Of a DNA stretch of 64,000 nucleotides, positions 1 to 8,729 are shown piece by piece (position 1 is the stretch's first letter; every line of letters begins with the position of its first letter). The notes beneath the pieces were generated by a model, which worked only from the letters and a program-made list of their open reading frames with translations, searched no databases and was not told the DNA's origin. Origin of the DNA: an uncultured Anaerolineaceae bacterium (GTDB taxonomy: Bacteria; Chloroflexota; Anaerolineae; Anaerolineales; DRMV01); contig CAYUOX010000062.1 of the NCBI GenBank assembly GCA_964446575.1, positions 19,871 through 83,870 of the forward strand, given 5' to 3'. The position numbers were made by a program, and so were the translations under genes.

Positions 1-206
1 ACAAACACCTTACCCATTCTTCCTCCTCTTTGGGGCAAACAGAGCGACTTCATGGTTGAAGATTTGAATATGGGTGTTCAGATGTGCTCATTTCAGAACA
101 TTACACCATGTGATATGCAGATTTCGTCACCGAAAAAATTCCATTTCCTCGCCCGGCATTTCCTCATGATAACGCGCTTAGTAGACGAATTAACAAGCAC
201 ATAGCC

Positions 207-234
207 TTGCCAAGGAGCGCTATTATCGTACAAT
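207..234 (+). promoter_or_regulatory. candidate sigma-70 promoter (TTGCCA-16 nt-TACAAT) in low-GC region upstream of npdG
   Basis: TTGCCA at 207..212 and TACAAT at 229..234, read directly from the sequence. Confidence 0.35.
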
Positions 235-266
235 TCGCGAGTTTTGAACCAGAAAAAGATTGACCC

Positions 267-295
267 TTGCACAAATCTGCCTTTTGTGCTATAAA
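267..295 (+). promoter_or_regulatory. candidate promoter TTGCAC-17 nt-TGcTATAAA overlapped by inverted repeat GCACAAA-N7-TTTGTGC
   Basis: -35 at 267..272 and an extended -10 at 287..295. A perfect 7-bp inverted repeat at 269..275 / 283..289 fills the spacer, so it is operator-like. Confidence 0.4.
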
Positions 296-411
296 GAAAG
301 CGGCGGCTGTTCCGGGTGCCCCCCTCACTCGGGACGGCCGCCGTCCTTTTGGGGTACAATCGGGGCACCGCGCCATCCTCCGCGGCTCAGCCCCTCGACA
401 AGGAGACTCGC

Positions 412-1086
412 ATGGACCCCAAACCCACTCTGGCCGTCATCGGTGGAACTGGCAAAGAAGGACGCGGCCTGGCCTACCGTTGGGCCAAGGCCGGCTATCC
501 CGTCCTCATTGGCTCGCGCTCGCTGGAACGGGCCCAAGCCGCGGCCCAGGTCATCCGCGAACGCGTCGGCCCGCACGCGCGAGTCGAAGGGCGCACCAAC
601 GCCGACGCGGCCGCGGCCGGCGACATTGTGGTCTTGGCCGTACCTTACAGCGCGCATCGAGCCACGGCCGAAGCCTTGCGCGCAGCCGTTCAAGGCAAAA
701 TCGTGGTCGACGTCACCGTACCCCTGCAGCCTCCGAAGGTCACCAAAGTGCATCTGCCCCCCGCGGGCAGCGCAGCCCTGGAGGCCCAAGAAATCTTCGG
801 ACCCAACGTGCACGTCGTCGACGCGTTCCAAAACATTTCGCACCACGTGCTCTGGAGCGACGAGACCCCGGAAATGGACGTGCTGGTCGCGGGCCGCGGC
901 AAGGCCGCCCGCCAAGTGGTCATGCGCCTGGTCGAAGACGCGGGCTTTCGGGCCTGGGACGCGGGCCCCATCGAGAACACCATCGTCATCGAAGGCCTGA
1001 CCTCGGTGCTGATCTACATCAACAAGCAATACGGCGGCCCCAACGCCGGGGTTCGCATCGTTGGCGTTCACGCGCGTTCGGCATGA
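412..1086 (+). CDS. npdG: NADPH-dependent F420 reductase (NpdG/Fno-like)
   Basis: Part of track ORF 316..1086. ATG at 412 lies 5 nt after AAGGAGA. N-terminal Rossmann motif LAVIGGTGKEGRGLAYRWAKAGYPVLIGSR and ~225 aa length fit F420:NADP oxidoreductases. The stop overlaps the next start (ATGA). Confidence 0.75.
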   Translation: MDPKPTLAVIGGTGKEGRGLAYRWAKAGYPVLIGSRSLERAQAAAQVIRERVGPHARVEGRTNADAAAAGDIVVLAVPYSAHRATAEALRAAVQGKIVVDVTVPLQPPKVTKVHLPPAGSAALEAQEIFGPNVHVVDAFQNISHHVLWSDETPEMDVLVAGRGKAARQVVMRLVEDAGFRAWDAGPIENTIVIEGLTSVLIYINKQYGGPNAGVRIVGVHARSA

Positions 1087-1853
1087 CCACGCCCCTCACC
1101 TTGACCCCGCTGCCGGGCATCCCCGAAGTGCGCCCGGGGGATTCGCTGGCGGCCCTCGTGCAGCAAGGCTTGGCCGCGGCCGGCCTCACCCTGCGCGACC
1201 ACGACATTCTCGTGGTGGCCCAGAAGATCGTCTCGAAGGCTGAGGGCCGTTTCGTGCGCCTGGAAGACATCACCCCCTCCCCACGCGCGCGGCATCTCGC
1301 GCAGCGCACGGGCAAGGATCCCCGCTTGGTCGAACTCGTCCTGCGCGAGAGCCGCGAGGTGCTGCGGGCCGTGCCGGGCGTGCTCATCGTCGAGCACCGC
1401 TTGGGCTTCGTTTGCGCCAACGCGGGCATCGATCGCTCCAACGTCCCGCAGCAGGGCAAACCCGGCGAGTGGGTGTTGCTCTTGCCCCGCGACCCCGACG
1501 CCAGCGCGGCCCGCTTGCGCGCGGCCCTGGAAGCGGCCACAGGCGCGCGCGTCGGCGTCTTGATCATCGACTCCCACGGTCGGGCCTGGCGCCTGGGCAC
1601 GGTGGGCACCGCCATTGGCTTAGCGGGCCTGCCCGCGTTGGTCGATCTGCGCGGGCGAACCGACCGGCAAGGCTATGTCCTCCAAGTGACCCAAGTCGCG
1701 GTGGCCGACGAACTCGCGGCCGCGGCTTCGCTGATGATGGGCCAAGCCGCGGAAGGCACGCCCATCGTGCACGTGCGGGGCTTTCCCTATGCCCTGGGCG
1801 AAGGGCGCTTGGCCGACCTGCTACGGCCGCGAGAGCGCGATCTCTTTCGCTGA
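1083..1853 (+). CDS. cofE: coenzyme F420-0:L-glutamate ligase (CofE / FbiB N-domain-like)
   Basis: 3' part of track ORF 267..1853. ATG 1083 overlaps the npdG stop. Motifs VVAQKIVSKAEGR, CANAGIDRSN, IIDSHGRAWRLG and MGQAAEGTP are typical of CofE. Confidence 0.8.
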   Translation: MTTPLTLTPLPGIPEVRPGDSLAALVQQGLAAAGLTLRDHDILVVAQKIVSKAEGRFVRLEDITPSPRARHLAQRTGKDPRLVELVLRESREVLRAVPGVLIVEHRLGFVCANAGIDRSNVPQQGKPGEWVLLLPRDPDASAARLRAALEAATGARVGVLIIDSHGRAWRLGTVGTAIGLAGLPALVDLRGRTDRQGYVLQVTQVAVADELAAAASLMMGQAAEGTPIVHVRGFPYALGEGRLADLLRPRERDLFR

Positions 1854-1865
1854 CGGAGGCACCCC

Positions 1866-2711
1866 ATGCACAACCGCCGCGGCAGGATGCATCGGTGGTG
1901 GGCGCTGCTTGTCGTGGTGTTGGTGGGTGGAACGCTCCGCGTGGGCCTGGCGCACGCAGCCGGGCCGTTCGCGGAGCCTTCTCCCCATCCCCCCCTCAAT
2001 GAGCCCGAGGCAGAAAACCAAGTGCCGCCCGCGGTGTGCGCGGAAGTGCGTCGCTTGCACCGTCTGGCGCTTCGCCTGACCCGGCTCGACCCAGCCCAAG
2101 CCGACGCGTTGGCCCGCAGCCTGGGATATTCGCCCCAGGCCAGCGCGGGGTTGATGTGCGCGCCGCTGAGCGTGTATGTGCTGCGGCAAGTCGGCCTCGC
2201 ACCGCCCAGTGAGCAGCCTGCCGCGTATTGGCTGTTGGACCCGCAACGAGAACGCGACAAGGTGCAGCGCCTGTTCGGCCAGGGGTTCTTGCACGACCTG
2301 CTCACCGGCCTGCCCTCACGGCTGGACTTCCGGTCCCGCCCCTTCATCCCCGGCGATGTGCTGTACTTTTATTCGGGTTCATGGGGCACGTTTTCGCACA
2401 TGATGGTGGTGACCTATGTCGACCGGGCCGGCCGGGCTTATGGGCTGAGCAACCTCAACACCCCGCGGGGCTACATTGTGCGCGAGGTCATGCTCTATGA
2501 CCCGGCTCGGCCCGGCGTCGGCCAGTTGGCACGCTGGAACGACCCCCGGTGGGCCTGGTTGGGGCTCACCGGGTTCGGCGGGGTCGAAGTGTGGCGGCCT
2601 GTGCGTTGGGCCCCTTATGCCAGCGGGTTGGGCCGGGGCGCGTGCGCGGAACCGCCCGCGCCCGGCCTCTGGCTGTGGGATGTGGCTACGGAGGCGCAAG
2701 CCGCGGAATAA
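1866..2711 (+). CDS. hypothetical secreted protein (weak NlpC/P60-like Cys...His arrangement)
   Basis: ORF 1866..2711 with ATG start and an N-terminal hydrophobic signal (WWALLVVVLVGGTLRVGLAHA). LMCAPLS ... GDVLYFY..GTFSHMMVV loosely resembles papain-fold cell-wall peptidases. Function not supported beyond that. Confidence 0.5.
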   Translation: MHNRRGRMHRWWALLVVVLVGGTLRVGLAHAAGPFAEPSPHPPLNEPEAENQVPPAVCAEVRRLHRLALRLTRLDPAQADALARSLGYSPQASAGLMCAPLSVYVLRQVGLAPPSEQPAAYWLLDPQRERDKVQRLFGQGFLHDLLTGLPSRLDFRSRPFIPGDVLYFYSGSWGTFSHMMVVTYVDRAGRAYGLSNLNTPRGYIVREVMLYDPARPGVGQLARWNDPRWAWLGLTGFGGVEVWRPVRWAPYASGLGRGACAEPPAPGLWLWDVATEAQAAE

Positions 2712-2716
2712 GCCCC

Positions 2717-3616
2717 TTACGCTTCCACCGGGCCCAACACGCGCGCTTTGAACCACGGAATGAGCAGCAGGGCCAGCAACACCAGCGACAGCAACGCGCC
2801 CCGCAGCCACTCCGACGCGCCTGAAGCGCCGGCCTGCTGGCGGTCGATGAACACCAGGAACATGACCACCGCGGTCATGAGCGCCGCGGTCACGCCGGCG
2901 TACCAGCCCGCGGGGTGCCGCGCGGCCAGCAAGCCAATGGCCACGATGAACAGCGCGGTGGACGCGTACAGCACGTAGCCGCCCAAGAACAGTTCCGGAT
3001 GGCTATAGCGCGGGTCGAAATAGGGCGCGCTGGGGTTGTGCATGAAGTAGCGCACTCCATGTTGCGCGTTCATGTAGACCATGCCCGCGGTGATGCCGAG
3101 CCAACCGAACACCACCACTTGGGCGATTTTGGTCTTCACATCGCCTTGCTCCAGCAGCAACATCACGAAGTAGGCGATCAAGCCCAAAAGCATGATGGTC
3201 ATGGCCGGCGCCATGCCTGCCGCGGCGTTCTTGCCCCCGCCGGGCTGACGCACGACCAATACCATCCACGGGATGACGAACGACAGGCCGCCGATCGCGG
3301 GCAAAGCCAACAAAGCCAGCGCCAAGGGCCGCGCCCACGGTTTGCCCGCGTAGATGTCCTTGGCGATGACGACCAAGGCCGCGCCCGCGAACACGAACAG
3401 CGCCATCCAGACGTGGAACGTGACCGTCAGGATGGGCACTGGCGTATCCCAAACGCCGTCGGGCTCGGCAACTTGCCACACTTCGCGCAGGGCCTTGAGG
3501 CAGGGGTTCAACGTGTCCAGCGTCTTAAAGGGGGCCACGAACATGAGAAACAGGCCCATGGCCACCGCGACGAGGGCCAAGATGGTCCGTTGGGTGGGGG
3601 TGGTCTTACCGGTCAT
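2717..3616 (-). CDS. hypothetical polytopic membrane protein
   Basis: Track ORF 2717..3676. ATG at 3616 is preceded by GGAGGAGG. About 8 hydrophobic helices are visible in the translation; no family recognised. Confidence 0.6.
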   Translation of the reverse strand: MTGKTTPTQRTILALVAVAMGLFLMFVAPFKTLDTLNPCLKALREVWQVAEPDGVWDTPVPILTVTFHVWMALFVFAGAALVVIAKDIYAGKPWARPLALALLALPAIGGLSFVIPWMVLVVRQPGGGKNAAAGMAPAMTIMLLGLIAYFVMLLLEQGDVKTKIAQVVVFGWLGITAGMVYMNAQHGVRYFMHNPSAPYFDPRYSHPELFLGGYVLYASTALFIVAIGLLAARHPAGWYAGVTAALMTAVVMFLVFIDRQQAGASGASEWLRGALLSLVLLALLLIPWFKARVLGPVEA

Positions 3617-3698
3617 GTCCAACCTCCTCCAGGGTGAAAGGGATCGCGAAGGGCGATGGTATAATGCTTGTAACACACCCTACGCGGGGCCACCGGGT

Positions 3699-4157
3699 TC
3701 AAGTCGGCGGCAACTCCGAGGTACAGTAGGGACAACGCGTGGCCCGAATCGGAATCGTGGAGTAGCAATATGGGCACGTTTTGGTCGTGGGTTCGGCTGG
3801 GGTGGGAGCCTCAGGCTCGCGCTGCCAGCGCTGCACGCCCCGCACCAGCAAGAACACCGCAAACGCGATGATGAGGAAGTACACCACCGCGTTGATGAAC
3901 AAGCCGTAGTTCAGAGTGACTGCACCCGCGGCTTGCGCCTCAGCCAACGACGGGTACGGTGGCGGTGGCGTACCAGCCCGCAGCACGACGAACAGGTTGG
4001 TGAAATCCACCCCACCCAGCAGCAACCCCACGGGCGGCATGAGGATGTCATTGACCAAGGATTTCACGATGGCCCCAAACGCCGCGCCCAAAATGATGCC
4101 AACAGCCATGTCCAACACGTTGCCACGCATGACAAAGTCTTTAAAATCTTGCCCCAT
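3699..4157 (-). CDS. mscL: large-conductance mechanosensitive channel MscL with C-terminal CxxC...CxxC tail
   Basis: Track ORF 3699..4232. ATG at 4157 has AGGAG 8 nt upstream. N-terminus [44 protein letters not shown] is the MscL signature. The tail is [24 protein letters not shown]. Confidence 0.85.
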   Translation of the reverse strand: MGQDFKDFVMRGNVLDMAVGIILGAAFGAIVKSLVNDILMPPVGLLLGGVDFTNLFVVLRAGTPPPPYPSLAEAQAAGAVTLNYGLFINAVVYFLIIAFAVFLLVRGVQRWQREPEAPTPAEPTTKTCPYCYSTIPIRATRCPYCTSELPPT

Positions 4158-4256
4158 AACGTCCGCTCCTGATTCCGACGGCCCCCGAGGGATATCCGCC
4201 TTTTCTTTCAGTATACGCATCCCGCATCCCATTGTCTTTGAAGTTTGGCAAATACC

Positions 4257-4940
4257 ATGAACACTTCGCCCTCCTTAGAAGCCCTTTTGCGGCAAAATTC
4301 GGTGTTCCAACTGTTAGACCCGTCCGACCACGAAACCCTGATTCGCGCGGCCCGCGAGGTCACCCTGGAAAAAGGCGCGCTGCTCTGCCACCAGGGCGAA
4401 GTATGGCCTCGCGCAGGGTTGCTGGCCTCGGGCGCGGCTCAATGGAGCCTGGTCTCGCCCGCGGGCCGACGTCAGGTCGTCTTTCGGCTCACCGCGGGGG
4501 AAGCCATCTGGGGCCACAGTTTGTTCGACGACCGGCCCATGCCCGCGTCGTTGGAGATCATCGCACCCGCGCAGGTGTATTGGTGGCCCCGCGAAGTCAT
4601 CATGCCAGTGCTCTCCCGCCGCGTCGAGGTGGTGTGGGCGGTGACTCGCGAGATGGTCGATTGGATGCGCCGGGTGCGCGAGGTCATCTACAGCCTGGCC
4701 TTCCACTCGGTGGCCCACCGCGTCGCGCGCCTGCTGCTGGAGCACTACCCGCCGTGCGAGGGGCGGCCGGTGCCACGACACCTCACGCTGGACGAGATGG
4801 CCGCCATGGTGGGCACCAGCCGCGAGTTCGTCAGCCGCGTCTTACAGCGCTTGGCGCGTGAGGGTGTGCTGCAAGTGCGCCGCCGTCATTTGGTCTTCAC
4901 CGACCGACGCCGTCTGGAACAACTGGCCCGAGGAGGTTGA
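4257..4940 (+). CDS. Crp/Fnr family transcriptional regulator
   Basis: Track ORF starts at TTG 4245; the first ATG is 4257. It has a cyclic-nucleotide-binding-like beta-roll followed by a C-terminal HTH ([30 protein letters not shown]). No N-terminal Fnr Cys cluster. Confidence 0.8.
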   Translation: MNTSPSLEALLRQNSVFQLLDPSDHETLIRAAREVTLEKGALLCHQGEVWPRAGLLASGAAQWSLVSPAGRRQVVFRLTAGEAIWGHSLFDDRPMPASLEIIAPAQVYWWPREVIMPVLSRRVEVVWAVTREMVDWMRRVREVIYSLAFHSVAHRVARLLLEHYPPCEGRPVPRHLTLDEMAAMVGTSREFVSRVLQRLAREGVLQVRRRHLVFTDRRRLEQLARGG

Positions 4941-4946
4941 AGCCGC

Positions 4947-5780
4947 ATGCCCGTCCCAACGCCCTCATCGCCCACGGCTCGACTGATCTGGGCGTGGGCC
5001 GAGCCCTTTTTCTGGCCACGCGGGCCGCGCGCGGTGTTGCTCGTTCACGGCTTCACCGCGACGCCGCAAGAAATGCGCTTCTTGGGCGAGCACCTGGCCG
5101 CGCGCGGCTATACAGTATTGGGCGTCCGCCTGGCCGGTCATGCCACCCAAGTACAAGACATGGCCCGCACCACCTGGCGCGATTGGGCCGCTTCGGTCGA
5201 AGACGGCTGGCATATGCTGCGCAGCGCGGGCTATGAGACCATCGCGGTGGTCGGCCTGTCGTTGGGCGGCGCGCTGGCCCTCTACCACGCCGCGCGGTTC
5301 CCCGTAGCCGCGGTAGGGGTGTTGGCCGCGCCCTATCGTCTGCCCTCGCACCCCTTGATGCCCCTGCTGCCCCTGCTGCACTGGATCATGCCTTACTGGT
5401 CCAAGCGCTTCTGGCGCCCGCCCATGGTCGACCCTGTGCGGCTGCCCGAAGTTCATTTGAGTTATCCGGCCTATCCGACCCGTAGCCTGCTGACCTTTCG
5501 GGCATTCTTGACGCACCTACACGGCTTGTTGAGCCGCGTGACCGCGCCCGCGCTGTTCGTCTATGCGACCGGCGACTCGGTCGTGCCCGTTTCCCATATG
5601 GAACACTATGCCCAGGCCATTGCCTCAACCCACAAAGAGACCGTGTTGCAACGGGTCAATCGGCATGTCATCACCTTGGGCGCGAATCGTGAGGAAGTCT
5701 TTCGGGCCGTGGGCGATTTTTTAGACCGCGTGCTGCCCCGGCCCCGCCCGGAGGCGCATCCCCCCGACCTCGAGGCTTGA
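4947..5780 (+). CDS. alpha/beta hydrolase (carboxylesterase / lysophospholipase-like)
   Basis: ORF 4947..5780. Contains LLVHGFTATPQEM and the nucleophile elbow GLSLGG, with a late Asp/His region (ATGDSVVP ... NRHVIT). Confidence 0.75.
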   Translation: MPVPTPSSPTARLIWAWAEPFFWPRGPRAVLLVHGFTATPQEMRFLGEHLAARGYTVLGVRLAGHATQVQDMARTTWRDWAASVEDGWHMLRSAGYETIAVVGLSLGGALALYHAARFPVAAVGVLAAPYRLPSHPLMPLLPLLHWIMPYWSKRFWRPPMVDPVRLPEVHLSYPAYPTRSLLTFRAFLTHLHGLLSRVTAPALFVYATGDSVVPVSHMEHYAQAIASTHKETVLQRVNRHVITLGANREEVFRAVGDFLDRVLPRPRPEAHPPDLEA

Positions 5781-5781
5781 C

Positions 5782-6933
5782 ATGAACCGCGACCTGCTCT
5801 TAATGACGCTCTCGTTGCTGGCGTGGGGCGTGGGCGATGGGCTGTTCTATCACTTTCAGCCCCTCTATTTGGCCCAATTGGGCGCATCGCCGCAAGGAAT
5901 TGGCCGGGTGTTGGGCGTAGCCGGTGCGCTAATGACGGTGGTGCATTTGCCCGTAGGCCGTTTGGTGGACCGGTGGGGCCCGCACCGCCTGTTGGCCGCG
6001 GGGTGGATGGTAGGCACGTTGGGGGCTGTGGCCATGGCCGCCGCGCGCACGCTGCCGCTGTTCGTGGTCGGGTTGTGGCTCTATCACGCGGCCCTGTTCG
6101 TGATGGTGCCTCTGCAGGCCTACTTGAGCCTGGTGCGCGGGCGCTTGTCGCTGACCCGGGTGCTCACCCTCACCTCAGCCGCGTTCAACTTAGGCACGGT
6201 GTTGGGGCCCTGGCTGGGCGGGCGCATCGCGGCCCTATGGGGCTTGCCCCGGGTGTACGCGCTGGCCGCGGCCCTGTTTACGCTATCGACCGCGCTGGTG
6301 CTGCGCACCCGCCCTCACCCATGGAACGACGGAAAACACGCTTCGGCCGCGGCGCGCGCGTCCCTCTCACAAGCGCTGCGACAACTGCCCGGGCCGGTGT
6401 GGGCCTGGGTGCTGTGGATTCTGGTCGTCTTCGTGTTGGTGACGGTGCCGCAGCCCTTGCTGCCCAACTTTCTGACCACGCACCGAGGGGTGTCATTGCC
6501 GCGCATTGGCGAACTGGGCACCCTGTACGCGTTGGGCGCGACCGCGTCCAACGCGCTGTTGGGCGGGCTGAGCGCCCGCTGGGGGCTGAGCCTGGCGCTG
6601 GCCGGCCAAGTGGCCGCCGCGGGGATGGTGTGGTGGGGCCAAGGCATGAACGCCTATCGGGCCGCGTATTTTCTCTTCGGTGGGCTGCGGGCTACCCGCC
6701 CGCTGGCGCACGCCCAAGCCCAAGCGCTCGCGCCGGCCGGGCAGCGTGGCTTGACCTATGGCCTGATCGAGACCGTGGTCGGGCTTTCGCTCACCGTGGC
6801 CGCGCCACTGGCCGGTTGGCTCTATGCCCAACAGCCGGCCCTGCTTTTTCTCATGCCCCTGCTGGGCTTGGCCTTGCTGCCCCTGGGCTGGTGGCTGAGC
6901 CGTAGCCCAAGGCCTACTTCCGCGTCACCGTGA
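5782..6933 (+). CDS. MFS transporter
   Basis: ORF 5782..6933 starts 2 nt after the upstream stop. About 12 hydrophobic segments and the MFS loop motif PVGRLVDRWGPHR. Confidence 0.8.
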   Translation: MNRDLLLMTLSLLAWGVGDGLFYHFQPLYLAQLGASPQGIGRVLGVAGALMTVVHLPVGRLVDRWGPHRLLAAGWMVGTLGAVAMAAARTLPLFVVGLWLYHAALFVMVPLQAYLSLVRGRLSLTRVLTLTSAAFNLGTVLGPWLGGRIAALWGLPRVYALAAALFTLSTALVLRTRPHPWNDGKHASAAARASLSQALRQLPGPVWAWVLWILVVFVLVTVPQPLLPNFLTTHRGVSLPRIGELGTLYALGATASNALLGGLSARWGLSLALAGQVAAAGMVWWGQGMNAYRAAYFLFGGLRATRPLAHAQAQALAPAGQRGLTYGLIETVVGLSLTVAAPLAGWLYAQQPALLFLMPLLGLALLPLGWWLSRSPRPTSASP

Positions 6934-7888
6934 ACGCGTCGATCACCCCGTGCTTCAGCGTGTGCATCTCAAAGCGCAGTTCGTGCGCGTCGGCCCAGAC
7001 GAACAGCGCGCCATAGTCCTCGTTGAAGCGAAAGATGCTGCCGGCCACCACCGTCTTGAACTCATACAGACTGGGGTAGCCCCCCACGCCGTTGACCACA
7101 TAATAAATACCATCGCGCTCGATGCGTTCATACGTGTGGTCGTGGCCGGCCAGCACCACATCTGCGCCCCAGGCCGCATAGGGCCATTGCAGCCGCTTTT
7201 GCGATCCATGATGCCCCGACGAAAAAGGCGCGTGATGGAGCACCACAATCTGCCACGGCGTGGTCGACGCGGCCAGCCCGGCTTGCAGCCACTGGGCTTG
7301 TTTAGATTCTGCGGTCGTGCCGTCAGGCTCCTGCCAGTTGCTATCCAGGACGAAAAAGTGCACGGGCCCGCGCACGAAATCGTAATAACGGCCATTGCCA
7401 GGCAAGTACGTGATCTTCTCCAGCGCGGGCAACTTCTTGCGATGATAGCCCCAGTCATGATTGCCCCACGCGGGGAAGAACGCGCCTCGGGCCAGATAAT
7501 CGCCGAAATACGCGGCCACATTCGCGTCCCAGGTGTCCAGGCTGCCGTTGGGGTAGTTGTTGTCGCCCACAGTGACGATGAAGTCGGGCGCGGCCCGGTG
7601 TACCAAATCGGCCACGGCCTCCAACGCGGGGCCCGCATAGCCAAAGTCGCCGATGACCGCGAAGAAGACCGGCGCATAGGCCTCGGTGGGCGTGGGCGCC
7701 ACAGTGGCCGTGGGACTGGGCTGCGGTGAAGGCGTAGGCGTCACTGGCGGCGTAGGGGGCGCGGTCGCGGACGCGGCCACCACCGTGTACACGGCCGCAG
7801 GGGGAGCCGTCGCCGTGGGCGCGGCCCGCTGACAGCCCACCAACCACAACACCATCCACAAACCAAGCCACATCTTCCGTCGCATCAT
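6914..7888 (-). CDS. metallophosphoesterase lipoprotein (calcineurin-like)
   Basis: Track ORF 6914..7930. ATG at 7888 follows GAGAGGAG. Lipobox LWLVGC is followed by a Pro/Thr-rich linker, then motifs GDFG, GDNNYP, GNHD, HHAPFSSG and GHDHTYER. Confidence 0.8.
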   Translation of the reverse strand: MMRRKMWLGLWMVLWLVGCQRAAPTATAPPAAVYTVVAASATAPPTPPVTPTPSPQPSPTATVAPTPTEAYAPVFFAVIGDFGYAGPALEAVADLVHRAAPDFIVTVGDNNYPNGSLDTWDANVAAYFGDYLARGAFFPAWGNHDWGYHRKKLPALEKITYLPGNGRYYDFVRGPVHFFVLDSNWQEPDGTTAESKQAQWLQAGLAASTTPWQIVVLHHAPFSSGHHGSQKRLQWPYAAWGADVVLAGHDHTYERIERDGIYYVVNGVGGYPSLYEFKTVVAGSIFRFNEDYGALFVWADAHELRFEMHTLKHGVIDAFTVTRK

Positions 7889-8008
7889 GTCGCTCCTCTC
7901 GGCAGAATGCACGGCCAACGGCTGGGCCATTATACCCGCCTCGGTTGCGGGTGACCATCTTCACATTCTCGCGGCGGCCCGCCCGCGGATGCGTTCCCCA
8001 ATGGTAGA

Positions 8009-8707
8009 ATGCCGGGCATGGCCAAGATCTGGAACGTCCTTCGATGCGCGCTGCTCATCGGCTGGTTGGCGTTCGTCAGCAGCGGGTGCACCCAAGCCGC
8101 CACCCCGTCTCCCCTGGGCGCGTGGAGCGTGCAATGGTGGACCGACTTTCACGAGCCCGGGCCTTGGCAACCGGGCGGCGGGCCTGGCACCATCGCCTCA
8201 TATAGCCCCGATGGGTACCGCCTGGCCAGCGTCATGCCCGGCGTGGCGGTGTGGAGTTTGCACCCCACCGCGTACGAACAAATTCGCTTAGCCGCGCACT
8301 TAGAAGCCGACCCCACCCCGGTCACCGCGCGCGGCGCGTATGGCCTGGTGTGCGGCTATCAGAGCCCCCAGCAGATGATCGTCTTCGCGCTGGGCAGCGA
8401 CGGCACCTATGCGGTTTGGCAGGTAACGCCCAAAGGCACGCGACCGCTGCACACCACCGCGGCCGAAGCCCCGGCGTTTCGTGGCCATCCCGCGGTGCGC
8501 GCGGCCCCGCAAAGCAACCGGATGATGGTAGAATGCCGGGACACGGGCTTGCGCTTGTGGGTCAACGGCCATTTACTCCTGGCCACCGAGACCCCCGGGC
8601 CCAAAGGGCAGGTCGGCATGTGGGTGCGCACCCCCGCCAACGGCGCCTTTGCCTCGTGGGGCGGTGTCTTCCACGACCTCACCCTTTGGACCTGGCAGCG
8701 GCCCTAA
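8009..8707 (+). CDS. hypothetical lipoprotein, jelly-roll (LamG/DUF1080-like) domain, paralog 1
   Basis: ORF 8009..8707 with lipobox FVSSGC. The C-terminal pattern YGLVCGYQ..., NRMMVECRDTGLRLWVNGHLL and GQVGMW parallels the next gene. Confidence 0.55.
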   Translation: MPGMAKIWNVLRCALLIGWLAFVSSGCTQAATPSPLGAWSVQWWTDFHEPGPWQPGGGPGTIASYSPDGYRLASVMPGVAVWSLHPTAYEQIRLAAHLEADPTPVTARGAYGLVCGYQSPQQMIVFALGSDGTYAVWQVTPKGTRPLHTTAAEAPAFRGHPAVRAAPQSNRMMVECRDTGLRLWVNGHLLLATETPGPKGQVGMWVRTPANGAFASWGGVFHDLTLWTWQRP

Positions 8708-8729
8708 CCCCCACCACGAGGGATGTCCC

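Noticed and set aside
1-17. Minus-strand gene start (ATG at 17 after AGGAGG) leaving the window
   Set aside because: Only five codons (MGKVF) are visible. It is mentioned in a finding, but there is too little sequence to report a feature or product.
267-1082. 5' two-thirds of the 528-aa ORF 267..1853 as part of a single large protein
   Set aside because: This portion is an alternative frame of the npdG gene and is Arg/Pro-rich nonsense. Only the part from ATG 1083 shows CofE motifs, and it overlaps the npdG stop in the ATGA arrangement typical of coupled genes.
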